Shown here: in pieces, positions 35,841-47,063 of the stretch
Layout of the letters: the number at the start of each line of letters is the position of its first letter
How positions within the stretch are numbered: position 1 is the first letter of the stretch
From: Bacillota bacterium
GTDB taxonomy: Bacteria; Bacillota; Clostridia; Christensenellales; SZUA-584
Assembly (NCBI GenBank): GCA_023436525.1
Contig: JAEZIW010000088.1
Location: 1-49,560, forward strand
Reading direction: 5' to 3'
DNA: 49,560 nt
Program-made: the position numbers and the translations under genes
Notes under the pieces: model-generated
The model's input: only the letters and a program-made list of their open reading frames with translations
The model's database searches: none
Told to the model about the DNA's origin: nothing

Positions 35841-36809
35841 TTACGCTGTTGCTTCGGGTGCCTCTTCTGCCGCCACTTTCGGCGGCTTCGGCGGCGCGAT
35901 CAGCATTTTCTTTTTCTCCAGCCGCACCATGATCACTATATAAACGACCATCGCCACGATAAATCCAGCACCGCCGATATACCCCGTGGGCGCAGGCCCC
36001 GTAAACGGGTTCACCGCATTGGCATTCGGTAAAAACATCAGCCCGGTGGCCGCGAGGCCGTTCAGCGACGCATGTGCAATGGCAGCGGGCAGGCAGCTGC
36101 GCGTCCTCAGCGATACATATGAGAAAAAGGTCCCCATTGCAATGCAGAAGCCGCACATCGCAAGAATGCCAAGATACGGATAACCCTCATACCCAAACCC
36201 ATAGTTGTGCCCGATGATGATGGTGAGCGGTGCATGCCACAAGCCCCATATCACGCCGCTTAACAGCACGGTGGGGATTATGCTCATCTCCTCGGAAAGC
36301 TTGGGCACCAGATAGCCGCGCCAGCCCCATTCCTCGCCTGTGGTGTTGAGAATATTGACGATCGGAGAAATCACCACACCCCCCAATATCTGAATGATCA
36401 TCAGCGCCCGCATAGCTTCGGGATTAAATTGAATCCCCTTAGCCGCGGTCGATTGCGCGATGATGCCCATGTTCGCGTCAAACATTAGCGGGTTGAGCAA
36501 AAAGTAAAGCGCCGTACCCGCGAAAATCAACCCGGCGGGCAGCAGCCAAGCCAGAATATAATAGCGGATATGCCCTTTGAAGTTGGGCAGAATCCAAGCG
36601 TCTTTAAAGCCTTCCTTCGTCACAAGCCGCGTGAACACCACGCCAAGCGACGGGATGAACATCACCGCACCCACCAGCAGCGTAAACACCGGCGCAACCG
36701 CCGCATTGTCTTTGAGTCCGCCGATCACAAGAATCTCAAATGCGTACGTCACCAAAAATGTAAACCCGAGAAATATGGCAATTCGTTTGCCTGTCGTCAT
36801 GTTCTTCAC
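35841..36809 (-). CDS. CPBP family intramembrane glutamic endopeptidase (CAAX protease-like)
   Basis: Motif 1 GEEWGWRGYL, motif 2 WGLWH, motif 3 AIAHASLN. Polytopic. Confidence 0.85.
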   Translation of the reverse strand: MKNMTTGKRIAIFLGFTFLVTYAFEILVIGGLKDNAAVAPVFTLLVGAVMFIPSLGVVFTRLVTKEGFKDAWILPNFKGHIRYYILAWLLPAGLIFAGTALYFLLNPLMFDANMGIIAQSTAAKGIQFNPEAMRALMIIQILGGVVISPIVNILNTTGEEWGWRGYLVPKLSEEMSIIPTVLLSGVIWGLWHAPLTIIIGHNYGFGYEGYPYLGILAMCGFCIAMGTFFSYVSLRTRSCLPAAIAHASLNGLAATGLMFLPNANAVNPFTGPAPTGYIGGAGFIVAMVVYIVIMVRLEKKKMLIAPPKPPKVAAEEAPEATA

Positions 36810-36823
36810 AATTCTGCCTCCTT

Positions 36824-37138
36824 TTATTTTATCTTTACAGCCGTGCCGTAGGCAATCACTTCGGCCGCGCTCTGCATGATGGATGCCGATGCATAACGGA
36901 TATTGATCACCGCATCGGCTCCCAGCTGCTGCGCTTCGTCCACCATACGCTTCACCGCAATTTGGCGCGCTTCGTTCAGCATCTCGGTATAACTCTTGAT
37001 CTCGCCGCCCACCAGCGTTTTCATGCCGGCCATAAAATCCTTGCCAAAATGCTTTGACATCACCACATTGCCTTTTACTATACCCAGCGACTCAATAATA
37101 TCTTTTCCGGGAATATAGTCAATATTTAGCAGCAACAT
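36824..37138 (-). CDS. YbjQ family (UPF0145) protein
   Basis: 104 aa. GGEIKSYTEMLNEARQIAVKRM...A..LGADAVINIRY is typical of YbjQ. Confidence 0.85.
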   Translation of the reverse strand: MLLLNIDYIPGKDIIESLGIVKGNVVMSKHFGKDFMAGMKTLVGGEIKSYTEMLNEARQIAVKRMVDEAQQLGADAVINIRYASASIMQSAAEVIAYGTAVKIK

Positions 37139-37754
37139 TCTCTTCGCCCTCTTTAATTTCTTTCATTCTTTGTTTAAGCGCTAGCAACACACCAACGATC
37201 ACCGCCGCGGGAATAAGCAGTATCAAAGCCGCAACGATTCCCGGCACATGGTCGGTAATAAACGCCCAAAGCAGTACGCCCGTCACGGCTGCCATAATGA
37301 CGATAATCACAAACGCCGCCACTGCTGCCGTATAACGCTGCTTTTTATCTGCGCCGATATTCGTAAACCGCGTCCCTTGCTGCTCCAACCTTTCCATCTG
37401 CTCGAGATATATGTCAGGGTTTAAGACGTCGAGTGGCTGCGCATCATCAGCCATTTGCAAACAGAGCTGTTTGGTATAGTTAAGGTTTACGCTGTCGCGT
37501 TCGAGTTTAATCAAATGCCTTCTGAGCGCATCCTCGGTGGTGAAAATACCCTTTTGAATATTCTGAATTTCTTCAATCGGCATCGCAAGCTTTCGCAGCA
37601 GCTTTATTTTTTTCAGCATCAGCACATCTTGGTCATCATAGTCGCGGTACCCGTTCGACGTGTTTCGGCCGGGAGCCAACAAACCTTCTTTTTCGTAAAA
37701 CCGGATATTTCTTTTGGTAATGCCGACGAAGCGTTCCACCTCGTTAATTTTCAT
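37119..37754 (-). CDS. MerR family transcriptional regulator with C-terminal transmembrane segments
   Basis: HTH MKINEVERFVGITKRNIRFYEKEGLL...NGYRDY. The C-terminus has two hydrophobic helices. ATG at 37754 follows aagggggg, and the longer ORF to 37901 is rejected. Confidence 0.83.
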   Translation of the reverse strand: MKINEVERFVGITKRNIRFYEKEGLLAPGRNTSNGYRDYDDQDVLMLKKIKLLRKLAMPIEEIQNIQKGIFTTEDALRRHLIKLERDSVNLNYTKQLCLQMADDAQPLDVLNPDIYLEQMERLEQQGTRFTNIGADKKQRYTAAVAAFVIIVIMAAVTGVLLWAFITDHVPGIVAALILLIPAAVIVGVLLALKQRMKEIKEGEENVAAKY

Positions 37755-37776
37755 ATGACCCCCCTTGCTTTGTTTC

Positions 37777-37807
37777 ATTGTATACCTTCTACCAAGGGGA
37801 AGGTCAA
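37777..37807 (-). promoter_or_regulatory. MerR-type promoter (19-bp spacer with dyad) of the MerR-YbjQ-CPBP unit
   Basis: Minus strand has TTGACC (37802-37807), a 19-nt spacer ttccccttggtagaaggta with the dyad accttc-N9-gaaggt, then TACAAT (37777-37782). Confidence 0.6.
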
Positions 37808-37969
37808 TAGCCGCATTAAAAAAAGAACTCAAATCACCCTCTTCGAACTTGAAAGGATTTCCGGGTTGATTTTTCAATGCGGGTTTGATATCCTTGAGCA
37901 AGAAAAGTTCTTTCTAAATCAGTTTTTCCGATGACATCGTATGACTTACATGAAGAAGGGAAAATCATT

Positions 37970-38413
37970 ATGACAGTTGCAATCGGCGGAGACCACGGCG
38001 CATTTGAACTGAAATCGCAAGTGATCGCGCATCTGCAAAAACGCGGCATAAAAACTCTGGACATGGGGGCATACGATACAACCTCTTCCGACTATCCGGA
38101 TTACGCGCCGCCGGTATGCAAGGCCGTTCTTGCGGGCGAAGCAGATCTTGGCATTGTGATTTGCGGAACAGGAATCGGCATTTCAATTTCGGCAAACAAA
38201 ATTGACGGCATACGCTGCGCGCTGCTCGGCGATACCTTCTCGGCAAAAATGGCACGTGAACACAACGACGCGAATGTGATGGCCATCGGCGCACGGGTGC
38301 TGGGCGTTGGGCTTGCTCTGGAAATTGTGGATGCATTTTTAGACACCGACTTTTCCCATGACGAGAGACACAGCCGCAGAATTAAAAAAATTATGGACTT
38401 GGAGAAACGTTAA
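37970..38413 (+). CDS. rpiB: Ribose 5-phosphate isomerase B
   Basis: IAIGGDHGAFELK..., ICGTGIGISISANK, HNDANVMAIGARV. ATG at 37970 follows gaaggg. Confidence 0.93.
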   Translation: MTVAIGGDHGAFELKSQVIAHLQKRGIKTLDMGAYDTTSSDYPDYAPPVCKAVLAGEADLGIVICGTGIGISISANKIDGIRCALLGDTFSAKMAREHNDANVMAIGARVLGVGLALEIVDAFLDTDFSHDERHSRRIKKIMDLEKR

Positions 38414-38428
38414 TCGTTTCTTTTTTTG
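38403..38428 (+). terminator. Intrinsic terminator of rpiB (overlaps the stop codon)
   Basis: agaaacg-ttaat-cgtttct followed by tttttt. Confidence 0.7.
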
Positions 38429-38497
38429 CTATTTGGTTTATTTTCAGATAGGCGTATCTTTATCACCTTTCAAATATTGGGTAAACTTAACCTATAA

Positions 38498-39145
<648 letters not shown>

Positions 39146-39169
39146 CTCTTTAATAGAAAGGATAAGCTT

Positions 39170-39481
39170 ATGGCTCTTGACGTTTTGACGCAAATCAAAG
39201 CAGCCGAACAAACAGCGCAGGAAACAAGACGTAACGCTGCGGCGATGGCAAAAGATATGATCAAGCTTGCCGAGCATGAAAACGCGTCGTATAAGGAACA
39301 GATGATCGCCCGGGCGAAAGCGAATTCAGCGCAGATGGTTGCCAACGGTTTACAAGCTTCCAAGAATAAGCTGGACGCCTTGCAGGCGCAGCGGCTCAAG
39401 AGCTGCGACGCTTTGCAGCAAAGCGCTGCCGCCAAACTTGAACAGGCAGCCGATATTTTAATTAAGAGGATACTGAACTAA
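39170..39481 (+). CDS. V-type ATP synthase small coiled-coil stator subunit (G/H-like; position of E. hirae NtpF)
   Basis: 103-aa alanine/glutamine-rich helical protein. It is the first gene of the V-ATPase operon. Confidence 0.7.
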   Translation: MALDVLTQIKAAEQTAQETRRNAAAMAKDMIKLAEHENASYKEQMIARAKANSAQMVANGLQASKNKLDALQAQRLKSCDALQQSAAAKLEQAADILIKRILN

Positions 39482-39482
39482 A

Positions 39483-41378
39483 ATGGCATTGCTGAAGATC
39501 AAAAAAGCATCGCTCATCGCGCATGCCACATCAAGATCAGCGGTAATGAAATTGCTGCAGGAGATTGGCGCAGTTGAAATAACGGCGGCAAAGCTGGAAG
39601 ACATAAACGTGGCTTCAGCCTCTGTTTCTTTGTCTGATTTGGAAATAAGGCTTGCTGATGTGCGCGAAGCGCTGGCTTTGTTAAAGAGATTTGACGAGAA
39701 CAAAGCCGGTTTTTTAACGCCCAAACCGGCGATATCCCGCAGCGAGCTTAAAAATATGACCGATCGTTTCAACGAAACGGATGCGGTGATTGCACGCGTA
39801 AAGCAATACATCACAGATATCGCTGCGCTGAAAGCCCAAAGGCAGCGGCTGAATGTACGTATCGCGCAGATTGCGCCGTTTGAGCGCTTCGATGCACCGC
39901 TTGAAACCGTCGGAACCGCACGCTTTACCACCTCAATGCTCGGCACCATACCGAATACCGCAGCCGAGAAATATGAACAGTTGACCCAAAGCTACGCGGA
40001 CAACGCGTATTTTGAAACTGTTGACGACTCTTCTTGCGCGATATATATTGTGATGTCGCTCGACATGGCCGAAGTGATCACGGCCGAGCTCAAATCTCTG
40101 GGCTTTACCGAAGCCTACACAAAGGACCTTATCGGAACACCCAGCGATTTGATTTTGGGTTTCCGCGAAAAAATCAATGAAATTAACAGCAAAATTGCGG
40201 AACGCGAAGAAGATGCCAAAACATTCATTGAACACAACGCCTTGCTGCAGGCGCTTGAAGATTTCCTTTTGAATGAAATTGACCGCGAGCGCAGCATTGA
40301 AAAACTCGGTGAAACCGGTGAAACCTTCATACTCGAAGGTTGGGTACTCGAGGAGGATCAGGACAGGCTTGAAAAAATGCTGAGCCAAACAGCTCCTGAA
40401 GCGTACATCACTTTCCGTGACCCTTTGGATGAGGAATCACCGCCCACAGCCGTTCGGAACAAAAAACTGGTGCAGCCGTTTGAGGCGATCACCAACCTGT
40501 ATTCCGCGCCATCATACAGAGGCGTGGATCCGAATTTCATGATGTCAATCTTCTACTTCATAATATTCGGCATGATGATCGGAGACTTTGCTTACGGTGT
40601 TATTCTGACTATTGGGACATACCTCGTGCTGAGGCTTAAAAAGCCGACCGGCATGTTCCGCCAAGTAACCACTGTCATTATGATCTGCGGCATATCCACG
40701 GCCTTTTGGGGCTTGGTTTTCGGTACCATATTCAGCATTCCGGGCATTCCCGCTGTTCTCAACCCGCTGGAGGACGCGATGACGATGCTGATACTGTGCT
40801 TGGGCATTGGGGTCGTGCATCTGCTGTTTGGCCTGGGGATGGGTGTTTACGCCAATATCAAGCAGGGTAATATTTTCGGAGCGATATTTGACAACACGTC
40901 ATGGATGTTTGTGCTCATCGGGGCGGTCATGCTGATACTGGGCGGAATTTGGGGTGTTGTCGGCACCTGCCTGATACTGGCGGGCGTGGCGATGCTGTTG
41001 GTTTCCCAAATACGGCTAAAGAAAAACGTATTTAAAGCGGTTACCGGCTGGCTGGGCGGATTATACGGCGCAACGGGATATCTCAGCGATGTTCTCTCCT
41101 ATGCGCGTATCTTCGCGATGGGGCTGGCGACGTCAGTCATTGCAATGGTGTTCAATACCATTGCCGGACTGTTTTTCGGCAACATTGTGGGGTACATTAT
41201 CGGCGCTGTCGTTATGACCGTTGGCCATGTGTTTAACATCGCGATCAATACGCTGGGCGCATTCGTACACACCGCAAGGCTGCAGTACATCGAGTTTTAT
41301 TCCAAGTTTTACGAGACGGGCGGACACATGTTTGCGCCGCTCGGTATAAAGACAAAGAACTACAGGTTGGAGGATTAG
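39483..41378 (+). CDS. ntpI: V-type ATP synthase subunit I
   Basis: 631 aa. Soluble N-terminal half, polytopic C-terminal half with SYARIFAMGLA and HTARLQYIEF motifs. Confidence 0.92.
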   Translation: MALLKIKKASLIAHATSRSAVMKLLQEIGAVEITAAKLEDINVASASVSLSDLEIRLADVREALALLKRFDENKAGFLTPKPAISRSELKNMTDRFNETDAVIARVKQYITDIAALKAQRQRLNVRIAQIAPFERFDAPLETVGTARFTTSMLGTIPNTAAEKYEQLTQSYADNAYFETVDDSSCAIYIVMSLDMAEVITAELKSLGFTEAYTKDLIGTPSDLILGFREKINEINSKIAEREEDAKTFIEHNALLQALEDFLLNEIDRERSIEKLGETGETFILEGWVLEEDQDRLEKMLSQTAPEAYITFRDPLDEESPPTAVRNKKLVQPFEAITNLYSAPSYRGVDPNFMMSIFYFIIFGMMIGDFAYGVILTIGTYLVLRLKKPTGMFRQVTTVIMICGISTAFWGLVFGTIFSIPGIPAVLNPLEDAMTMLILCLGIGVVHLLFGLGMGVYANIKQGNIFGAIFDNTSWMFVLIGAVMLILGGIWGVVGTCLILAGVAMLLVSQIRLKKNVFKAVTGWLGGLYGATGYLSDVLSYARIFAMGLATSVIAMVFNTIAGLFFGNIVGYIIGAVVMTVGHVFNIAINTLGAFVHTARLQYIEFYSKFYETGGHMFAPLGIKTKNYRLED

Positions 41379-41434
41379 CCTAACGCCTGAAGGATAATAT
41401 GATCATTGAATGACGTTATAGGAGGATTCATTTT

Positions 41435-41935
41435 ATGGAACTGTTCGGCGATTATTTTGGATTGGTGATTTCAACGGTGGGTGCGGCAATGGCAGCGACG
41501 CTGGCAGGTATCGGCTCGGCTAAAGGCGTAGGCATGGCAGGACAGGCTTCGGCGGGTCTTGTATCAGAAAGCCCAGAGCTTTTCGGGCGTGCGCTCGTTT
41601 TACAGGCACTGCCTGGTACGCAGGGTATCTACGGTCTGCTCGTGGCGTTCCTTATACTGCTTTATAACGGTGTCATATCCCCATTGGAGACACCTATTTC
41701 GGCAGCGCAGGGATTGGTATATTTCCTCGGTGCAATGCCAATTGCGTTCGTTGGTTATTCTTCAGCGATTGCGCAGGGCAAAACGGCTGTCTCAGGTATC
41801 GGCATGCTGGGTAAAAAGCCGGAAGAGTCCGGTAAAGCCATCACCATGGCCATCATGGTGGAAACATATGCTGTGTTGGCGCTGCTTGTTTCCATGCTGA
41901 CGATTCTGCTGGGCGGAAACGCATTTAAAGGGTGA
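41435..41935 (+). CDS. ntpK: V-type ATP synthase subunit K (proteolipid)
   Basis: 166-aa duplicated c-subunit hairpin. Glycine-rich helices and a conserved E in VETYAV. Confidence 0.9.
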   Translation: MELFGDYFGLVISTVGAAMAATLAGIGSAKGVGMAGQASAGLVSESPELFGRALVLQALPGTQGIYGLLVAFLILLYNGVISPLETPISAAQGLVYFLGAMPIAFVGYSSAIAQGKTAVSGIGMLGKKPEESGKAITMAIMVETYAVLALLVSMLTILLGGNAFKG

Positions 41936-42540
41936 TGGCATTGGCAGGAGCGGATAAGCTTATTGATAAAATCAACGGCGATGCGCAGCAGTACGCCGAA
42001 AAGCTTTGGCAAGATGCCGAAGACAAGAAGCGCATCATGCGGCAGGCTGTTGAACGCGAAATTGAAGACATAACGGCACAAATTGAGCGCAGCACGGCGG
42101 AAACTGTTAAGGAAAACGAGCGGCGGTTGGTTGCCGTTAACGACCTTGAATACAGAAAGCAGCTTTTGGCCGCCAAGCAGGTGATGATGGAAAAAGCCAA
42201 ATCCCTCGCCATGCAAAAGCTCGTCGCGCTGCAGGATGATAAGTATCTTCAGTTAATGAAACAGCGGCTGATGGATTGTGCCGTTGGCGGCACGGGCGGT
42301 ATTATCGTCTCAAAAAACGAAAAACGCATCAGCAAGGCGTTTCTTGATGATGTCAACAAATCGTTGAAAGCCGCATGTGGCACGGGCGAAATTAAAATGA
42401 TGGATGAAAAACGCGATTTTCAAGGCGGCTTTGTTTATACAAACGGCGGTCTTGAAATCGATATGTCTCTCGAAACGCTGCTGAACGAAGCCTGGCAGCA
42501 AGGCGAGACGGATGTGGCCGCCGTTCTTTTTGGCGCGTGA
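41932..42540 (+). CDS. ntpE: V-type ATP synthase subunit E
   Basis: 202 aa with a long N-terminal charged helix and a globular C-terminus. Operon position fits. Confidence 0.85.
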   Translation: MMALAGADKLIDKINGDAQQYAEKLWQDAEDKKRIMRQAVEREIEDITAQIERSTAETVKENERRLVAVNDLEYRKQLLAAKQVMMEKAKSLAMQKLVALQDDKYLQLMKQRLMDCAVGGTGGIIVSKNEKRISKAFLDDVNKSLKAACGTGEIKMMDEKRDFQGGFVYTNGGLEIDMSLETLLNEAWQQGETDVAAVLFGA

Positions 42541-42551
42541 TAGGATGAATA

Positions 42552-43538
42552 ATGTCTGAGAATTTAAGCAGCTACCCTTTTGCCTCAGCACTTGTGATGG
42601 CAATGGGCCCAAAGCTGATGACAAATGAAAAGCTGACACGGCTCATTGAAGCCAAGGATTTCGAGACGGCTCTGCGCCAGCTTTCGGAGTTTGGCTACGG
42701 CCAGCCCGCAACAGAATTCGAGGCCATGATTCAAAAGGAGCTCGAAGGTGCGGATGCGTTGCTCTTTAAGCTTTCTCCAAGCGAGGTTTTCACACGTATC
42801 GTGCATACCGAACGCGATTATCTCAACCTGAAGGTGCTGCTCAAGCTGCGGATGCGCAATCAGCCTCTTGACAGCGTTATGCTCAATCCCGGCAATATAA
42901 GCTTGGAAATGCTGCGGCGCGCTGTTTTGGAAAGCCACCATGTTGACCTGCCGGATCACATGAAAAAAGCGCTTCAATATATTGAAAGGCAGCTGGCCAT
43001 GACGGCGGATGCGTCGGTTATCGGCGTGGCGCTGGATCGCGCCTACGCTAAGGAGATCCGTGATCTGGCGGCACAATTGAAAAATGAGCTCGTCACTGAG
43101 TATTTTACGGTGTATTTTGATTTGAGCAACATCATTGCGATGCTGCGCGTTCGCGCGGCGGGCTCGCCCAAAGAGACGTTTGACCGTGCCTTTTTAAAGG
43201 GCGGGCGCATTGAAAAGCGTACGCTGCTCGATGCATTTGATATGCCGGATGAAAGCGTGCTGAAGGCGGCAGGCCGAGGCGGCTATACCGCGATGCTCGC
43301 CGATGCGTTTGACGATTATTTGAAGACCGGAAGTTTGTATATGCTTGAAAAGAAAAGGGACGATATGCTGCTGTCGCTGCTCAAAGACCAGCGCTATGAC
43401 ATGTTCGGTATCGGCCCGCTTTTCGGATATTACATTGCCAAGCAGCGCGAAGCGGAAGCCGTGCGTACGGTGATGACGGCCAAGCAAGGCGGCATCGATG
43501 CGGATGTGGTGACCAAACGCCTGAAAGAGCTGTACTAG
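42552..43538 (+). CDS. ntpC: V-type ATP synthase subunit C (V0 d-like)
   Basis: 328 aa helical repeats with D..NLK.LLR-type motifs (ERDYLNLKVLLKLR, LSNIIAMLRVR). Confidence 0.88.
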   Translation: MSENLSSYPFASALVMAMGPKLMTNEKLTRLIEAKDFETALRQLSEFGYGQPATEFEAMIQKELEGADALLFKLSPSEVFTRIVHTERDYLNLKVLLKLRMRNQPLDSVMLNPGNISLEMLRRAVLESHHVDLPDHMKKALQYIERQLAMTADASVIGVALDRAYAKEIRDLAAQLKNELVTEYFTVYFDLSNIIAMLRVRAAGSPKETFDRAFLKGGRIEKRTLLDAFDMPDESVLKAAGRGGYTAMLADAFDDYLKTGSLYMLEKKRDDMLLSLLKDQRYDMFGIGPLFGYYIAKQREAEAVRTVMTAKQGGIDADVVTKRLKELY

Positions 43539-43550
43539 AGAGGATGTAAA

Positions 43551-43868
43551 ATGAACAAGATTGGTGTCGTTGGCGATTCTGACAGCATCATCGGCTTTAA
43601 AACACTCGGTATTGATGTGTATCCGGCAACGGGCAGTGAGGTGACCGGCGTGTTAAACCGGCTTGCCACAAACGGCTACGCCATTATATTTGTGACCGAG
43701 CAGGCTGCCGAAACCGCCGCCGAAACGATAGACCGTTACAAAACATCACCGTTTCCCGCGATTATCCCGATACCGGGCAACCGCGGCACCACCGGCTTTG
43801 GCATGAAGGGTATCCACGCAAACGTAGAAAAGGCGATCGGCGCGGATATCCTCTTTAAAAACGAATAA
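43551..43868 (+). CDS. V-type ATP synthase subunit F (position of E. hirae NtpG)
   Basis: 105 aa. KIGVVGDSDSIIGFKTLGI...IIFVTEQ is the subunit F pattern. Confidence 0.88.
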   Translation: MNKIGVVGDSDSIIGFKTLGIDVYPATGSEVTGVLNRLATNGYAIIFVTEQAAETAAETIDRYKTSPFPAIIPIPGNRGTTGFGMKGIHANVEKAIGADILFKNE

Positions 43869-43916
43869 CCAAGCGCTTTTGATGCGCACATGATATCACA
43901 CAGGAAGGAAGAGCTT

Positions 43917-45689
43917 ATGGAAGGCAAAATCGTCAAGGTTTCCGGCCCCCTCATCGTCGCAAGCGGTTTGAAAGATTGTGAGATGTACGATGTGGTGAGG
44001 GTCTCCGGCCAGCAGCTGATCGGCGAAATCATTGAGCTGCGCGGCGACATGGCCTCAATTCAGGTATATGAGGAAACAAGCGGCCTCGGGCCGGGTGAAC
44101 CGGTAACCCCCACAGGCAGCCCGCTTTCGGTGGAGCTGGCACCCGGGCTGATTGAATCGATATTCGATGGCATTCAGCGTCCGCTCGATAAAATCAGAGC
44201 ACTGGCGGGAGACCGCATCACGCGCGGTATCAACGTCTCCCCGCTGGATCATGACAAAAAATGGACATTTGTACCGACCGCAAAAATAGGCGATACCGTC
44301 TCCGCGGGCGATATACTGGGGTATGTGCAGGAAACCACGCTCGTGAAGCATTATATCATGGTGCCGCCCGGCAAGCAGGGCACGGTTGAATGGGTTGCAG
44401 ACGGGCAGGCCACCATCACAGAGCCGATTGCCAAGCTTAAAAACGGCGGCGAGACGCTTGATGTTGCGATGCTGCAAAAGTGGCCGGTACGCCGGGGACG
44501 TCCTTTTGCGGAAAAACTACCGCCGTCTGAACCGATGATCACGGGCCAGCGCGTCATCGATACGCTGTTTCCGGTGGCCAAGGGCGGTGTGGCGGCCGTG
44601 CCGGGACCGTTTGGCAGCGGCAAAACGGTCGTGCAGCATCAGCTCGCAAAATGGGCGGATGCGGACATCATCGTGTATGTGGGGTGCGGCGAGCGCGGCA
44701 ACGAGATGACCGACGTGCTGATGGAGTTCCCCGAGCTTAAAGACCCGCGCAGCGGCGAACCGCTGATGAAGCGAACGGTGCTGATTGCGAACACATCGGA
44801 CATGCCGGTGGCGGCGCGCGAAGCATCGATTTACACAGGCATCACGATTGCGGAGTATTTCCGCGACATGGGATACAAGGTGGCCATCATGGCCGATTCC
44901 ACCTCGCGCTGGGCCGAGGCGCTGCGTGAAATGTCCGGCCGACTCGAAGAAATGCCGGGCGACGAAGGGTACCCCGCTTACCTGTCCTCGCGTCTCGCGG
45001 GCTTTTATGAGCGCGCTGGCATCGTGAAGGCCCTCGGCAGCGATGGGCGCGTCGGCGCGGTCACGGCCATCGGCGCGGTGTCGCCGCCGGGCGGTGATAT
45101 TTCCGAGCCTGTTTCGCAGGCCACGCTGCGCATTGTCAAGGTATTCTGGGGGCTCAGCGCCCAGCTGGCTTACAAGCGCCACTTCCCCGCGATTGACTGG
45201 CTCACTTCCTATTCGCTTTATCTCGACCGTTTAACGGATTGGTTTGAAGCGAACGTGTCGCATGAATGGGTTCAGCTGCGTATGGAAACGATGCAGCTGC
45301 TTCAGGAAGAAGCCGAGCTCGAAGAAATCGTCCGGCTCGTCGGCGTGGACGCGTTGTCTTTAAAAGACCGTTTGAAGCTGGAAACCGCGCGCAGCATCCG
45401 CGAGGATTATCTGCATCAAAACGCGTTCCATGATACGGATACCTACACGTCGCTCGAAAAGCAATACGGCATTTTGAAGCTCATACTGCTGTGGGGTAAG
45501 CTCGGCGAGCGGGCCCTTTCAGCCGGTGCGCCGCTCTCAAAGATATCGGCTCTGCCTGTACGCGAGGAGATCGGCCGCGCAAAATACGTGCCCGAGAACG
45601 ACGTAGCCGAGAAATTTGCAGCGATCACGCAGAATCTGGAATCTCAGATGAGCGCGTTATACGAGGAAGGGGGGATAGACGTTGCTTAA
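43917..45689 (+). CDS. ntpA: V-type ATP synthase catalytic subunit A
   Basis: Walker [10 protein letters not shown], the non-homologous insert, and ERGNEM. Start [11 protein letters not shown] follows ggaagg. Confidence 0.96.
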   Translation: MEGKIVKVSGPLIVASGLKDCEMYDVVRVSGQQLIGEIIELRGDMASIQVYEETSGLGPGEPVTPTGSPLSVELAPGLIESIFDGIQRPLDKIRALAGDRITRGINVSPLDHDKKWTFVPTAKIGDTVSAGDILGYVQETTLVKHYIMVPPGKQGTVEWVADGQATITEPIAKLKNGGETLDVAMLQKWPVRRGRPFAEKLPPSEPMITGQRVIDTLFPVAKGGVAAVPGPFGSGKTVVQHQLAKWADADIIVYVGCGERGNEMTDVLMEFPELKDPRSGEPLMKRTVLIANTSDMPVAAREASIYTGITIAEYFRDMGYKVAIMADSTSRWAEALREMSGRLEEMPGDEGYPAYLSSRLAGFYERAGIVKALGSDGRVGAVTAIGAVSPPGGDISEPVSQATLRIVKVFWGLSAQLAYKRHFPAIDWLTSYSLYLDRLTDWFEANVSHEWVQLRMETMQLLQEEAELEEIVRLVGVDALSLKDRLKLETARSIREDYLHQNAFHDTDTYTSLEKQYGILKLILLWGKLGERALSAGAPLSKISALPVREEIGRAKYVPENDVAEKFAAITQNLESQMSALYEEGGIDVA

Positions 45690-47061
45690 GGAATACCGCA
45701 CAATCAGCGAAGTTGTCGGCCCGCTCATGCTGGTGGAGGGCGTCAGCGGCGTTAAATACGACGAGCTGGTGGAAATCGTTCAGCAAAACGGCGAAACACG
45801 GCGCGGTAAGGTGCTCGAAATCAACGGCGACAAGGCACTTGTGCAGCTTTTCGAAAGCTCGCAGGGCCTCAAAATATCCACCTCGAAAGCCCGGTTTTTG
45901 GGGCGCAGTATTGAGCTGGCCGTTTCATACGATATGCTCGGGCGCGTGTTCGACGGCATGGGCGAGCCGATTGACAACGGCCCCGCCATCATTCCCGAAA
46001 AACGTATGGACATCAACGGTGCGCCGATCAACCCGGCATCACGCGATTACCCGGAAGAATTTATTCAAACGGGCATTTCCGCAATTGACGGCCTGAACAC
46101 GCTGGTACGCGGCCAAAAGCTGCCCGTGTTCTCGGGCTCCGGCCTGCCGCACGCCAACCTCGCCGCGCAGATTGCGCGCCAGGCCAAGGTGCTCGGCGGT
46201 GAATCGAACTTTGCCGTGGTGTTCGCCGCAGTCGGCATCACGTTTGAAGAAGCCGATTTCTTCATCAGCGATTTTAAAAAGACGGGCGCGATTGACCGCA
46301 CCGTGCTTTTCATTAACCTCGCAGACGACCCGGCTATTGAGCGTATTTCCACGCCGCGTATGGCGCTGACGGCTGCCGAATACCTCGCCTACGAGAAGAA
46401 CCTGCACGTGCTCGTGATCATCACGGATATCACAAACTACGCCGAGGCATTGCGTGAGGTTTCCGCCGCAAGAAAGGAAGTGCCGGGCCGCAGAGGCTAC
46501 CCCGGCTATCTTTATACCGATTTGGCGACGATGTACGAGCGCGCGGGCCGCATCAAAGGGCGCGAAGGCTCCGTCACGCAGATACCGATACTCTCGATGC
46601 CGGAAGACGACAAAACGCACCCGATCCCGGACCTCACCGGTTACATCACCGAGGGGCAGATCATCCTCTCGCGTGAGCTGCTGAGAAAAGGCGTTACGCC
46701 GCCGATCGACGTGCTGCCATCACTCTCGCGTTTGAAAGACAAGGGCATTGGCAACGGCAAAACGCGCGAAGATCACGCGGACACGATGAACCAGCTGTTT
46801 GCGGCATACGCACGCGGCAAGGATGCCAAGGAACTGTCGGTCATTCTCGGCGAAGCGGCGCTCTCGGATGTGGATAAGCTTTATGCAAAGTTCGCGGACG
46901 CATTTGAAAAGGAATACGTGTCGCAAGGCTACGAAACCAACCGAACGATTGAGGAAACGCTGAACCTTGGGTGGAAGCTGTTAAAAATACTGCCCAAAGC
47001 CGAGCTCAAGCGTATTAAAGACGACTACATCAACAAATACCTGCCGGCGGACGAGGATTAA
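45682..47061 (+). CDS. ntpB: V-type ATP synthase subunit B
   Basis: [46 protein letters not shown] start overlaps the subunit A stop. Confidence 0.95.
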   Translation: MLKEYRTISEVVGPLMLVEGVSGVKYDELVEIVQQNGETRRGKVLEINGDKALVQLFESSQGLKISTSKARFLGRSIELAVSYDMLGRVFDGMGEPIDNGPAIIPEKRMDINGAPINPASRDYPEEFIQTGISAIDGLNTLVRGQKLPVFSGSGLPHANLAAQIARQAKVLGGESNFAVVFAAVGITFEEADFFISDFKKTGAIDRTVLFINLADDPAIERISTPRMALTAAEYLAYEKNLHVLVIITDITNYAEALREVSAARKEVPGRRGYPGYLYTDLATMYERAGRIKGREGSVTQIPILSMPEDDKTHPIPDLTGYITEGQIILSRELLRKGVTPPIDVLPSLSRLKDKGIGNGKTREDHADTMNQLFAAYARGKDAKELSVILGEAALSDVDKLYAKFADAFEKEYVSQGYETNRTIEETLNLGWKLLKILPKAELKRIKDDYINKYLPADED

Positions 47062-47063
47062 CC

